From Mobula hypostoma (taxonomy: Eukaryota), in the NCBI RefSeq assembly GCF_963921235.1, contig NC_086108.1, positions 89,344,001 through 89,408,000 of the forward strand: a DNA stretch of 64,000 nucleotides, given 5' to 3'. This document shows, one piece after another, positions 1-12,907 of the stretch. Position 1 is the stretch's first letter; every line of letters starts with the position of its first letter. The notes under the pieces were generated by a model. It was given only the letters and a program-made list of their open reading frames with translations, did no database searches and was not told the DNA's origin. A program made the translations under genes and the position numbers.

Positions 1-1580
1 GTATCTCTCTTCTCTTGCCCAAGCATCTGTACAAAATGGATTTCAAATGCTTTGATTGTACAAACCTCCAACACCTCCTCTAACTGTTTGTTCCAAGTAG
101 TCAATATTCTCAGCGTGGAACAATCTATCCCTCCGCTTTCCTTTAAATTTTTCTGCTTACCTTAATCTTGTGTCATCAGTTCTAGACTCTCCTGCCCTGG
201 GATAAAGATTCTGACTTTCCATCCAATTTATCCCCTCCATAATTTTATAAACTTTTTTAATGTGATCCTTCAGCCTTCTGCCAGTAAGGATCAACCCAGC
301 CAATCCAGCTTCTTCTGCATTCTATTTCCGCCACATCTCTCCTGTTGAGTGGTGACTCGAACTGTACATAATACTTTAAGTGATGTCTAATCAATGTTTT
401 TGTACAACTGCAATATGACATTGAAGCTTTGGACATTACCTCCCTTTTTTTAAAATATAGTATTTCTGTTTTTGCACATTTTAAAAAATCTATCAAACAC
501 ACGTAATTGGTTTACTTGTTTATCTATTATTATGTTTTATTTTTCTCTCTCTCTGCTAGATTATGTGTGGCATTGAACTGCTGCTGCTAAGTTAACAAAT
601 TTCACATCCCATGCCAGTGATAATAAACCTGATTCTGATTCTGATTTCCATACTTAATGACTCAGTCTATGTAGGTTCCGAGGTTGTCAAGCCGAGAAAT
701 GGTAGTGGGGACAAGCTCCCACTACCTAAAAGTGCTCCTCACAGCATGCACCTCAAATAGCCCCTGACAACCAAGTCCAACTCCTGGCCTTCTCATGTGG
801 CTTAGCCTCTGAGCCTGGTGGAACTGTTTCTACTGACAGGAGAAGGGGCGAAGGCGGATCCTGGCGCCTTAAAACCAGTGCTTCGGGTAGATGGAGCTCG
901 TCAGCCTGGGAAAGCAGTCCATCTAAGAGAGGGAAATCTCAGATTTCAAACCTCCACTGCCTTGCGGCCGTGCCCACTCATGAGAAAGGCTTTGGGAGTA
1001 AATCCTGAGGTCAAATCCGGAGCTGGAGTCCCTAAGACAGTCCGACGTTGCTTTTAGCCTTGCTCTGGCATCTCCTGCGACGTCACTGGTGCCAAGCTGT
1101 ATCGGCCCTTGCCCTTCACTTAGACAACATCGGTGATGTGGTGAGCGGAGACTTGCTGCTTGGGCAACTGCCCGTCTTCCATACAACCTTGCCCAGACCT
1201 GCGCCCTGGAGAGACTGAAGCAAGACTTTCCAGGCACGGATCCATGGTCTCACGAGACTTAACGGATGCCATTCAGTATACAAAGGCTCCTTTTCTTTAA
1301 AAAATGGTACAACTTTCAGGGAGCTATGTACTTACTCCCAGAAGTATCTCTATACATAAAAATTCCTGAGGTCCATGCCACTTATTCCATAGGTACTACC
1401 TGAATTTGACTTCACAAAATGTATTAACTCACACTTCTTTCGATGAACTTCCATCTGCCACCTGTCCGCCCAACTTTACAGCTAATCTATGTCCCATGCT
1501 ACCCTTAGAAAACCTTCTTTATCACCTATGGCTCCACGAACTTTAACGGCATCTGAAAACTTGCTCATCAGACCCCCTAG
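1..1580 (-). mobile_element. Degraded CR1 LINE 3' portion, interrupted by a LINE tail (~440-645) and by the 676-1270 element
   Basis: 1-430 and 1290-1580 resemble the reverse complement of the CR1 RT/3' sequence seen in better copies (e.g. 51312-52231). The 440-645 insert ends in aataaacctgattctgattctga. Confidence 0.6.
676..1270 (+). mobile_element. ~600-bp non-autonomous non-LTR element (RTE/Ingi-like 5'UTR plus 3' tail), copy 1
   Basis: Highly similar to 25172-25700 and related to 58165-58753. No meaningful ORF. Contains the ggtagtggggacaagctcccactacc hairpin and ends gacttaacggatgcc. Confidence 0.8.
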
Positions 1581-2839
1581 ATGGTCCCAGCACTGATCAG
1601 TTTTCACAGATTTCTAATCAGAGAAACACCCTTAGTCCATTACCCTCTGGTCCAATCACCAGGCCAAAAAAAATGTTTTAAAACCAATTTTGATCTTATT
1701 CTATTTGAACAAGCTTGTATTGCTGTGATAGATGAATATGAAAACTCTATAATGCTGTTTGCATTAAACTCTTAATCCCTTGTGACGTAATTAGTGTACG
1801 GTTTAGAAATGTTTAATTAAATGGTCACAATAGGAATTAAGTAAACTAGGAAATTATATTTTGTAAAGCTAATTGAATAACTTGGTTTTGTAGACAACAC
1901 AGCAAAATTCACCATCTATTATTTATTGCAATCTAATGGAAGGATAGAAATTTTTTAAAAATGTTCTTACTAGCATCATTGAGGCTTCTCTACATTGCCC
2001 TATTGTAAATTTCATACTGTAAGTTGAAAGGAAAAGAATGCCTGCTTCCAGGGCTTCTTTTGGCTGTGAATTGTGATTTATATCACTACATTTCTGCCTC
2101 TGATTGTGAAGTTGGTGAAGTCAAATCCTATTCTGAATGTCCGGACACAAAATAGTCTTCCGATGCAGTAATATAGCAGCATTGTGTTCAAGCAAGATAC
2201 CATAAAGGCTTACTACCACTTCTTTCAGCATATACGACCCACAGCACCAGCCAAAGAGATTGTTGTGATTTTGTAATACACTTCACCAATCATAACATAA
2301 GAATGTGCAGAAATAGGAGCAGGGATAGTCATTAAGTCTTTCAAGTCTGCTCTGTCATTCAATACAATCCTAGTTAATCCCATGTCTCAGGGCATTTACC
2401 CTCTCTCTCTTCCCCCATTTCCCTGGATAGCTTAGTTTCTGGAAAATTATTTCCTTAAATATATTCAGTGATTTCATCTGCACAGCCTTCTATGATAAGC
2501 ACATTGACAGATTTAAGATTCTCCTTGCAAAGAAACTTCCTTTCATCTTGGTCTTAAAATCTTAAAATCCCTTGTTCCAGACCCCTTCAGCCAGGAGAAC
2601 CTCAAGAGAATATGGAAGTAGTAGCCCTAAATGTGCTCATACAACATCCCTCATATTCCAGGAATCAGTGTGGTGAACCTTCTCTGTGTTCCCTTTATGG
2701 CAGGGAGATCCTTTTTCTCCCCACTGAAACATAGGGAATAGTGTGGATTTTGACACATTTTTCATTATTCCTAATAATTTTATCCCTATTAGCTTGTTCC
2801 TAATTATATTGTTCCTAACCATCTTATCCCTATGTCTAC

Positions 2840-3905
2840 ATAGTCTAAGTGATGACTACATGGATTTTAGTCGGGCATTTGACATGCTCCATCATGGAGA
2901 CTCATTTAGAAAAATGCTTGGGATCCATGGTGGATTGGCCATTTGGATTCAGAATTGACTGCAGCAGACACAGGGTAGTCATTTATGTGATTTGTTCCAA
3001 ATGGTGATCCACAATTAGTGGTGCTCTGTAGTGATATGTACTGGGACCTCTGCTGTTTGTGATGTATATAAATGACCTGGAGGAAAATGTAGTTTGCAGA
3101 TGATACGAAGATTCACTGTGTTGTGGATAGCATAGAAGACTGGCAAAGAGTACAGAGGGGTATATAGATCAGTTGCAGATATGGTCTGAGAAATGGTAGA
3201 TGGACTGTAGCCTAACAATATATGAAGTATTACCCTTGGAAAGATGAAATATAAAGCGGCAATACATTAGCAATAACCAGACACATAGCAATGTTGATGT
3301 CAGAAGGATTTTGGGGGTCCGTGTCCATAGCTCCCTGAAAGTGACTACATGAGTTGATAGGGTGATAAAGAAAGCATATGGTATGCTTACAATTATTAGC
3401 CAAGGGATTGAGTTCAGGAGTTGGGAAGAAATGTTGCAGTTTTATAAAGCTCTGGAATGTTGCATTCAGTTCTGGCCCCATTATAGGAACAATGCTGAGG
3501 CTTTGACGAAGATGCAGAAGAGATTAACCTGAATGCCACGTGGATTAGACAGCATATGCCACAAAGAGAGGTTGGACAAACTCAGGTTGTTTCTCTGGAG
3601 CAACAGAGGCTGAGGGGAGACTTGTTAGATAGAAGATTATGAGATTCATAGGTAGATAAGACAGCTGGTATATTTTTCGTGTGGTTGAAAATACCAGGGG
3701 ACAGGCATTTAAAGTGGTGGGGAATAAATCAAAGGAGATCTGAGAGGCAACTTTCTTTTTACACAGAGAGCGATGGGCACTTGGGATGTGCTGCCTGGGG
3801 GAGTGCCGGACATTGTGTAGGCAGGAGGGATATTTTAGATGGGTATCTGATTTCTACTTAATTAGTTTAGACAATGCCTGTTCCTATGCTTTACTGTTAT
3901 ACAGT
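2840..3905 (+). mobile_element. Degraded CR1 LINE (RT to 3' end)
   Basis: YMDFSRAFD...GIHGGLAIWIQN motif and a decayed FADD region, with many stops. Confidence 0.8.
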
Positions 3906-4546
3906 CTTGAACAGTCTGTATAACAGCAATCAGATATTCATGATTTTACTTAGTTATTATTTTAGTCCTCCAGATTTTGCTTCCATCGCCCAGCAATTTT
4001 GCAATGAGCAACTGGCAGCGATCTGTTTTTACAGTAAATCTGGGATTTTGCTGTATAGGTATTTGAATGCAGCAGTTCATAGCTTGCTGACAGGTTGCTA
4101 CCAGTGATTCTGCCACTATACATGGATATACAAGTCTATTCAGTTAAATGGAGATTTTGTGGTTACAACAGAAAAATAAGATTAGTTTAACTTATATTCT
4201 ATAACTAATTGCATTGAGATTGGAGCGACTGGGCTTGTATACTCTGGAATTTAGAAGGCTGAGAGGGGATCTTATTGAAGCATATAAGATTATTAAGGGG
4301 TTGGACACGCTGGAGGCAGGAAGCATGTTCCTGCTGATGGGTGAGTCCAGAACCAGAGGCCACAGTTTAAGAATAAGGGGTAGGCCATTTAGAATGGAGA
4401 GTGGTGGATATATGGAATGCTCTGCCCCAGAAGGCTGTGGAGGCCAAGTCTCTAGATGCTTTCAAAAAAGAGATGGATAGAGCTCTTAAAGATAGCGGAA
4501 TCAAAGGTTATGGGTATAAGGCAGGAACTGGATACTGATTGTGGAT

Positions 4547-5378
4547 AAACAACAGGAATTCTGCAGATGCTGGAAATTCAAGCAACACACATAAAAGTTG
4601 CTGGTGAACGCAGCAGGCCAGGCAGCATCTCTAGGAAGAGGAGCAGTCGACGTTTCGGGCCGAGACCCTTCGTCAGGACTAACTGAAGGATGAGTGAGTA
4701 AGGGATTTGAAAGTTGGAGGGGGAGGGAGAGATCCAGAATGATAGGAGAAGACAGGAGGGGGAGGGAGAGATCCAGAATGATAGGAGAAGACAGGAGGGG
4801 GAGGGATGGAGCCAAGAGCTGGACAGGTGATAGGCAAAAGGGGATACGAGAGGATCATGGGACAGGAGTCTGGGAAGAAAGACAAGGGGGGGGGACCCAG
4901 AGGATGGGGAAGGGGTATATTCAGAGGGACAGAGGCAGAAAAAGGAGAGTGAGAGAAAGAATGTGTGTATAAAAATAAGTAACAGATGGGGTACGAGGGG
5001 GAGGTGGGGCATTAGCGGAAGTTAGAGAAGTCGATGTTCATGCCATCAGGTTGGAGGCTACCCAGACAGAATATAAGGTGTTGTTCCTCCAACCTGAGTG
5101 TGGTTTCATCTTTACAGTAGAGGAGGCCGTGGATAGACATGTCAGAATGGGAATGGGATGTGGAATTAAAATGTGTAGCCACTGGGAGATCCTGCTTTCT
5201 CTGGCAGACAGAGCGTAGGTGTTCAGCAAAGTGGTCTCCCGGTCTGCGTCGGGTCTCGCCAATATATAAAAGGCCACATCGGGAGCGCCAGACGCAGTAT
5301 ATCACCCCAGCCGACTCACAGGTGAAGTGTTGCCTCACCTGGAAGGACTGTTTGGGGCCCTGAATGGTGGTAAGGGAG
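4547..5378 (-). mobile_element. Young 5'-truncated Penelope-like element (GIY-YIG endonuclease end plus pLTR)
   Basis: ORF 5012-5338 VIYCVW...LLYIGETRRR...EHLRSV...VATHFN is a GIY-YIG domain. Flanked by GATTGTGGAT duplications. Internal 39-bp tandem duplication at ~4716-4806. Confidence 0.92.
4645..4680 (-). ncRNA. Minimal type I hammerhead ribozyme motif in a Penelope pLTR (intact core)
   Basis: Minus strand AGUC-CUGACGA-A-GGGU(CUCG)GCCC-GAAA-CGUC-GACU: stem I AGUC/GACU, CUGANGA core, stem II, GAAA, palindromic ACGU stem III and GUC cleavage triplet. Confidence 0.85.
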
Positions 5379-5959
5379 GATTGTGGATGATTGTGGATGA
5401 TCAGCCATGATCACAGTGAATGGTGGTGCTGGCTCGAAGGGCCGAATGGCCTACTCCTGCACCTACTGTCTATTGTCTATTGTAATTGATTTAATCATTT
5501 TAAAGTGTTAGCATTTCTTTTGTGACTTCTCAGCAGTTACATTGCTTCTGATTACTTCTGGAGACCAGGGACATTCAAAAACATTGAAAAATCATCACAG
5601 CTGTGAATGGCCAGTAGAAGGCAAATCTACGTCCCAGATTTGAGATGTTCTTAACAGTTCTGTTGAAGGAGAGCTGGGAGGTTTGACCTTGCTCACCCAT
5701 GTGACCTAATTACAATATCTGGGCAGTGTCTTGCCTATTGAGTCCAACAGGCTGTTATCCAGCAATTAATTCTTTTTCTGATATTTTCAAGATAAGAGGG
5801 GAACAATTGAGTAACCAAGCAGTGCGAGCTGGAGCCCAGAACACTCAATAAAAGAACTGTAATCTTAACAACTAATATGCAAGCAGCAACAAAGAGATAA
5901 TGACTGGGTAATCTATCAACTTTAGGACATTGGTTAAAGGACTGGGTAAGGTTCAGAGC

Positions 5960-6515
5960 AGCATGCTAACACTATCCGAGAGGTGTTTCCACATTTTCCC
6001 TGTGACCATGCAAGTGTTCTCTGTGTGCCCTGTTTTCCTCCTATTCCTGAATAATTAATATGAGTGCCACATTAGCGTAACTATTAGTCACACACTATGA
6101 CAACTTGGGACCCTCTGGAGTCAGGGTTCAGTTCTGGTGCTGTTCTGAATGCGTGGGTTTTCCCCTGGGTGCTCTGGTTTCCTCCCATAGTCCAAAGACC
6201 TACTGGGTAGGCTAATCGGTCATTGTAAGTTGTTCCATGATGAGGTTCAGGTTAGTCAGGTTTGTCGAGGTTTTCTGGGACGGCACGGCTCCAAGGGCCG
6301 GAAAACCTACTCCTCGTTGTCACTAAATAAATAAAAGTAAATGATGTGTGGGTATCACGTTAGTTAGTCATTGTAAACAACTGCAGGTGTGTAAGTGAGC
6401 TGTAGTATCTGTGTAGAATTGATGGGAATAGGGGGAAATTTAATAGGATTAGTATAAATCATTAACATCAACTTGTTGGCCAAAGGGCCTGTTTTCATGG
6501 TAAAATATGATTCTA
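5960..6515 (+). mobile_element. Two nested tRNA-derived V-SINE/HE1-like SINEs (inner copy ~6068-6335)
   Basis: B-box-like gggttcagttc, core gcgtgggttttcc...ctggtttcctcccatagtccaaagac and CR1-like tail gggccggaa...aaataaataaa. Confidence 0.7.
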
Positions 6516-6824
6516 ACCTACTACAAATCCATAGTTCTTCTTGAAATATCAGCATGATTCCATCATAATTAATGAATTTGGTATAACTTCTTTTCTGAAG
6601 GAGCACAACTCCAATGCTATATTTTGATGTCAGCAATGCACAACAGGGCTTGAAAACTTTTCTACCCTAAAGTCACAAACTTTCCTCTGAGGAAAACAAA
6701 CTGGAGGTTGTATCAAGAAAGATGAACCAGATGTGGGGCTTTTGAATTCTCAGAAGTCACGTGTGACACCTTATCATGCATCACATAAGTTGTCATATTA
6801 GCACAATGTAGCACATTCTGCACT

Positions 6825-8255
6825 ACATTGACATCTGCATTGGTGCTGCTTCATCCACCAATGCTGAGCTCACCAACTGAATCAATTTTGTCTCTAGTTT
6901 CCACTCTGCCCTTAAATTCACTTGGTCCATTTCAGATACCTCTCTCCCCTTTCTCGATCTTTCTGTCTCCATCTTTAGAGACAAGCTGTCTACCAGTAGC
7001 TTTTATCAACCTACTGATTCTCACAATTATCTTGACTCTACCCTTTTCTACCCTGTCACCTGTAAACGTGACATTCCCTTTTCTCAGTTCCTTCGTATCT
7101 GCCACATCTGTTTGCAGGGTGAGGTTTTCCTTTCCAGCTCATCCTCCTTCTTTAAAGAATATGGTTTCACCACCTCCACCATTGATGCTGCCCTCACCCA
7201 CATTCATTTTACTGGACATCCGTGCTCACCTCATCTTCCTACTGTCTTAACAGTGATAGAGTTCCTCTTGTCCTCACCTACCAGCTATGAACCTCTGCAC
7301 CCAGCAAATCCTTCTCTGCAACCTCCGCTATTTTCAACGGGACTGTACCTCCAAACACATCTTTACCTCACCCCCACCCTCCACTTTCCGCAGGTATCAT
7401 TCCCCCATAATTCCCTTGTCCATTTGTCCCTCCCCACTAGTCTCTCTCCAACACTTATCCCTGCAAGTAGCCAAAGTGCTACACCAGCCTATTCATCTCC
7501 TTCCTCACCTCCATCCAGAGCTCCAAACAATCCTTCCAGGTGAGGCAATACTTTATCTGCAAATCTTTTGTGGTTGTTTACTGTTTTCACTGCTCTTGAC
7601 ATGGCATTCTCTGTGCTGGTGAGACGTGACGAAGATTGGGGGACCGCTTTGTTGAGCACCTTTGCCGCATCTGCAGAAGGAGCACGATTTCCCGGTGGAC
7701 AACCTTTTTAATTCCAATCCTCACTTCCATTCATTTATGCCAGTCAATGGCTTCCTCTGCTACCATGATGAGGCCACTCTCAGGTTGGAGGAGCAAAATC
7801 TCATTCGGTTTGGGTAGCATCCTACCTAATGGCATGAACATCAATTAATCCTCCTCCTCTTTATCAATTCCCCATTCTGGCCCTCCTCTTACCTCTTTTT
7901 ACCTGCCTACCACCTCCCTTAGTGCGCCTCCTTCTATTTCTCCTATGGTGCGCTCTCCTTTCCAGTCAGATTCCTTCTTTCCCAGCCCTTTACCTTTTCC
8001 ACCTATCACTTCCCAGCTTCTTACTTATCCCCCCTCCTTCCATCTGGCTTCAACTATCACCTTCTAACTGGTACTCCTTCCTATCCCTCCTATTCTGGCT
8101 TCTTCTACCTTCCTTTCCAGTCCTGATGAAGGGTCTCAGCCAGAAACATTAACTGAAACATTCATTTCCATAGATGCTGCCTGACCTGCTCAGTTCCTCC
8201 AGCATTTTGTGTTTTGCTCCAGAGTTCCAATATTTGTAGAATCTCCTGTGTTTAT
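6825..8255 (+). mobile_element. Degraded Penelope-like element (RT C-terminus, GIY-YIG, pLTR with decayed hammerhead at ~8118-8155)
   Basis: ccaggtgaggcaa...GDRFVEHL motif, cagtcctgatgaagggtctcagccagaaac, and terminal gatgctgcctgacctgctcagttcctccagca. Confidence 0.85.
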
Positions 8256-9769
8256 AAGGCGTCATGTTCTGTAGATGTCATTAAGGAAAACTTGGTGCTG
8301 TGTGTGATATAGTGACATGGGCTGAGGACAGAAAGCAGAGAGTAGGAATAAACATCTGTTTTGGAGACATAAGAGCCTGTAGATGTTGGAACCTAGCTAC
8401 AGCAACAAACAACCTGTTGGAGAAATTCAGTGGGTTGAACTGCATCGGTGAGTGGAAAGGAATTGTTGACATTTTGGAGTCAAGAGAGGAGATAATCAGT
8501 ACAAAAAAGACTATGGGAGTGGTGAGACAAAGACCAGAGGTAATTAGCACACTAATGAGGGGAAGGGGTATTGGACAATGGGTAACCCCAGGATTGTGGG
8601 ATGAAAAGGCGGGGGGGGGGTGTGAATGAATGTATAAGTTGGGAGACAGAGGCATGTGGATAATATAGAGGCAGACAAAAAAAGATGGAGCCAGGAGGGT
8701 GAAGGAGAAGAGGAGAATAATGAGCTCACAAAGTCTAATAATAAGGAAGGCAATAAATTGGAACCATTAGAGGAGAATGAAAGGCAGATAGAGCTAAATC
8801 AAGATGGAGAAGGGGAAGAAAACCAGTAAGTGAAAAATGTGGATAGTCAGTGGTTGGAACACAGATGGAGAAGCAGATCATTTTCAGGTTGGAAGGCTAT
8901 GATCAGTGGAGTACCTTCAAGGATTGTCCTATAAGGAGAAGAATGAGAGGTGAACATATTGAAATGTATAATTTTTAAGTGTTTGTCTTGCTGGATACAC
9001 AAATTATATTTTCCTTAGCTGGGGTTCAGTGACATGCTGAGGGGTTCAGCCATGACGGTTTGAGATTCTTTACTGAAGATTCCTGGATACGGAAGGAAAG
9101 TAATACTGAGGTAAAAGATCAGCTATGATGTAATTGAATAGCAGAGCAGAAATGAGGGGCCGGATGGCCTATTTGTACATCTGCTTCCTTGGTTCCTATG
9201 CAACACACTAGAAAGGAGTCTTCCCATGCATTCTGACAACAGGCCAGAAAGCAAAAATCAGAATAAAGAAAAACTGAGAAACACAACAGGCACATCAGTA
9301 TTCTTATTGATAAAACTAAACGCTGTGCGCAAATTCAATGAAATATTCTTCACACTTTAGGAAATTAATCATGTGAATCATGCTACTAAATTGCTAGATT
9401 GGTTTAAGAGGTAAACCAATGAACCTCCAACTGTTCAAGGACCCTAGTAGGTGGAGGCTATGGTTTGTGGAAGGTATAGTCAGGCTGCATGTATGATAAC
9501 CTAGGAACTTAAACATACTGCTACTGATGATTTTTTGGAAATATTGAGACAGGGACTGGGAGGGAATTATTACTTCTGTTAGTGAAGATCAAATTCAATG
9601 CAGGATTACTTATTGGGTACCAAGTAAATTTATGATATAATATCATAAGCAAGGAGCATAGTCATAGTCTCACAAGAAGGAACCAACCATTTGAAACTAA
9701 GAGAAGGCATTTCCTTAGCAAGCAACTATAAATTTGTTTTTTTTTACTTGAAAGTACAGTGAGTGTATA

Positions 9770-10111
9770 ACTCATCTCCTTTTATCTTAGGCCACTAACT
9801 TATCAATCACCCCTCCTGTGGACCACCTGGAGGTCCAAGATGCTCCCGTTACATGCACGTGCAGTTTAACTCTTTGAGTGGTAATGCAGAAAGTTTGAAG
9901 TTAATAATTCATCTCCTTCTACCTTAGGCCATGAACTTATCAATCACCGCTGCTGTGGATCACTTCTACGAAGAAGGGATCCGTATGCTCCACGACCGCT
10001 GGACTAAGTGTTTAAATGTAGGAGGGGACTATGTTGAAAAATAAATGTGCTAGGTTTTCTAAAATTGACTCCTTCTACCTTAGGCCACGAACTTATCCAT
10101 CACCCCTCGTA
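9770..10111 (+). mobile_element. Mariner transposon relic (transposase C-terminus plus right TIR)
   Basis: 9961-10044 translates HFYEEGIRMLHDRWTKCLNVGGDYVEK*, a typical mariner C-terminus. It ends ...aacttatccatcacccctcg followed by TA. Confidence 0.85.
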
Positions 10112-10369
10112 TGTCTCTGATGTCCACAGCCTATTCACACTCCAACGTTTCACTTGAACTTCCTAATGCAACTTGATTAGAGTAACTCTACACTTCCTTC
10201 TTGTCCTTAAAAAATTCATTTGCACTATTCCTTTCAACTACTTGGTGAGGCATGGGAGAATCAGAATCAGGATATTTCCATATTCCATCTAAAGTGTTTT
10301 CTGGCTGCCTATCCGATACTAACTTATTGCTGACTACCTTAAGTTGATAGTTTCTACTTTTGCTCTACT

Positions 10370-10760
10370 CCACAATTGGAAACACAAGATTCACTGCATT
10401 CACAATGACAATAGGATTGGCTTTGATGGCACAGAACTAATGTGCCACGCCTTTGGCTTTTGGGACCACTTGCTGAAGGAGACCATTGAAGTAAAACTAG
10501 AGGAAAAACAATTTCACAAAGACGAAGGTCTCGCTCCAAGTAGGAACTGGAATTCAATTGTAAGCAAGGTGGGACAGCGGAAACCTGATTGGATGATATC
10601 TAACCAATCAGGAGGGATGGACAGCCGTGGTATAAATACCACTAGACTAGACATGCCCAGGCATCATTCGTGAGGAAGATGGCAGAATTTGTCATTGAAA
10701 CGTCAGTTAAAATCTATACCTGGATCCGGCTGGAAGCCCGAGAAAAGTTCATTCAACTAT
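10370..10760 (+). mobile_element. Second Penelope-like family 3' fragment (post-GIY-YIG tail plus pLTR)
   Basis: HCIHNDNRIGFD...FWDHLLKETIEVKLEEKQFHKDEGL...NWNSI resembles PLE C-termini. Followed by tataaata (10631-10638) and a hammerhead-like motif (10665-10710). Confidence 0.75.
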
Positions 10761-10924
10761 ACTCATGTTTACTCTGCCTAAGCCCACCACCCTTCAATAA
10801 GTTTAAAGATCTTATAAGTTCCTCAAAAAAGTGACCTACCCTGAACTCATTTCCCTGTATGCATAAACATGTACTTCTACAATATATCTTCTGACTCAAT
10901 ATCCTCTACATATGAACAAAAACA

Positions 10925-11480
10925 ACGAATATAGAACTGCATAGGCCCTTCAGCCCATGATGTCAATGTGAACCGTAATTCTGCTGGCACATAGTCTGCA
11001 TACCTTCATTTGCTGTTTGTTCATGTGCTTGTCTAAAAGCCTCCTAAACTTTGCTACTATATCTGATTCCACTGCCCCCCCTGGCAGTGCATTCCTAGCA
11101 CCTACCACTCTCTTCGTAAAAGAAAACTTACCATGCACATCTTCCTTAAACTTCACCCTACCTTCCTCACTTTAAAGCTACACCCTCAACATCCTGCTCT
11201 GGGGTGGGGGGGGGGCGGGCAGAAAACTCTATCTGTCCTATCTATATATTTGTATTTTTCCATCAGGTCACCCCTCAGCCTCCAGTGATGCAGGGAAAAC
11301 AATCCAAGTTCATCCAACCTCTCCTCTTAGCTAATACTCTCTCACCCAGGAAGAAAAGTAGAGAACCACTTCTGCCACCTCCCCAAAGCCTTCATATCCT
11401 TCCAGGAAGGTGACAACCAGAAACGTACATATGGCCTAAAATGCAACATGACTATTTTGATTTTTATATTCAGTGCCCAA
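10925..11480 (-). mobile_element. Degraded CR1 3' end
   Basis: FSFTKRVVGARNALPG motif; starts with the reverse-complement CR1 tail ggcccttcagccca. Confidence 0.75.
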
Positions 11481-12907
11481 ACTGGTAAGTCAAGTGTCCT
11501 CTTTTTATCCAACTATATATATATTCAATACAAGTTAAGCACAATTTCTCTATTATTCAATTCTATCTATCCAAAAAGAAAGAAGCACACAGGCTGGATG
11601 TACTGTCCATGTGGCTACTTGAAATGATTTGAGCATTTGAATTCTGAAATCTCTTTTCTTTCCCATCACCTACAATCAACATTTTGATTGCTTTCACCGA
11701 CTAGAAACTGGATCAGCCAACAATCTGAGTTTGAGTTACAAATAGACTTGGTACTTTGTGGAGAATTACTTCTTTTCTGACCATCTGTAAGTCTTGAGGC
11801 AGCAGAATGGTGAAATATTCTTCATTTGCATTTACGATAACACCTCTAGCAACAATCAAGATATTGTACTGCATTCAAGATAGGTCAGTCCACTTCGTCC
11901 ATCACCTTATGGACCTGCTCACTCCACCAGGATAAAAGTCCACCGTAAAAACTCATCAAGGCATCTTAACTAGAATTTCCCAATCCTGTAACTTCTACTT
12001 TCAAAGAAGAATAAGCAGTGAACGCACAGGAAAACAATCAAGTTCTCTCACTGATTTGCAGCTCACCGGACATCTTCTATTCCCCCTTCTAAAGTATTGC
12101 TATTATATTAATTATCTGCCAGCCAACTGTACCAAATTATGCTAAACCGTAATTACACAGAGTCATAGAGAAGTATAGCACAGAAACAGGCCATTGGCTC
12201 ATCTAGTCCATTGCAAAGCCAGTTGAACTGCCTACTCCCATCTACCTGCATTGGAACCATAGCCCACCATATCCCTACTATCCTTGTACCTATCATATTC
12301 AATACTACTTCTCCTTCATAGAGAGATATATCGTAGAAACAGGTCCTTTATCCCCTTGAGTCTGGGCCAGCCATCAACCTACCATCCTTTGCCTTTGATT
12401 CTTCTCGTATGTGCAGTAATAGTTTTAGATCAAGAGTCTTACTCTCCTTTTTTTTATTTGTATGTGGGTCGATCCCATGTCACACCATGTCTGTTTGTTC
12501 CAAGCCTCTCAGAATTACTGGACCAAAGCAATTATTTAATATCTCTGTATATAATTTAGCCTGTCCATCATTTGGAGACCATTTTCTCCTTCTTAATTTC
12601 CTTGCTTTTAATTACATTACTGCAGAATAGACATGCAAGGTAGGACACAACATCCATAATCGACCCTGGTCGATGGAGGCCTCATGTGCTCACTGCAGTG
12701 TTATTTAGTATATTAACTGATGACCCATGACTACATTTCATAGCTCCTCTTAATTTTTCTTCTTTCAAAAGAATCTGTTATGATTCCCTTTGCTCATACT
12801 CAATGTTTGCTTCTTTCCCTAACTTCCTTAACCTAGGTTCCATATCACCATTTTATTTGTCCACAGTATTCATCAATATTTAGGTTGTTTTGCTTCAGCA
12901 GAATATA

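Larger units (their letters stand above)
4214..5483 (+). mobile_element. CR1 LINE 3' end split by the Penelope insertion at 4547-5378
   Basis: RLERLGLYTLEFRRLRGDLIEAYKI ORF. The 3'UTR resumes at ~5399 and ends (ctattgt)n. Confidence 0.9.

Noticed and set aside
6600..6670. VFKP on the minus strand, resembling PLPPR4 exon 2 (LTDVFKP)
   Set aside because: Flanking residues do not match. No LPILASS, CYDR or IMVGEG motifs were found by eye anywhere in 1-32125.
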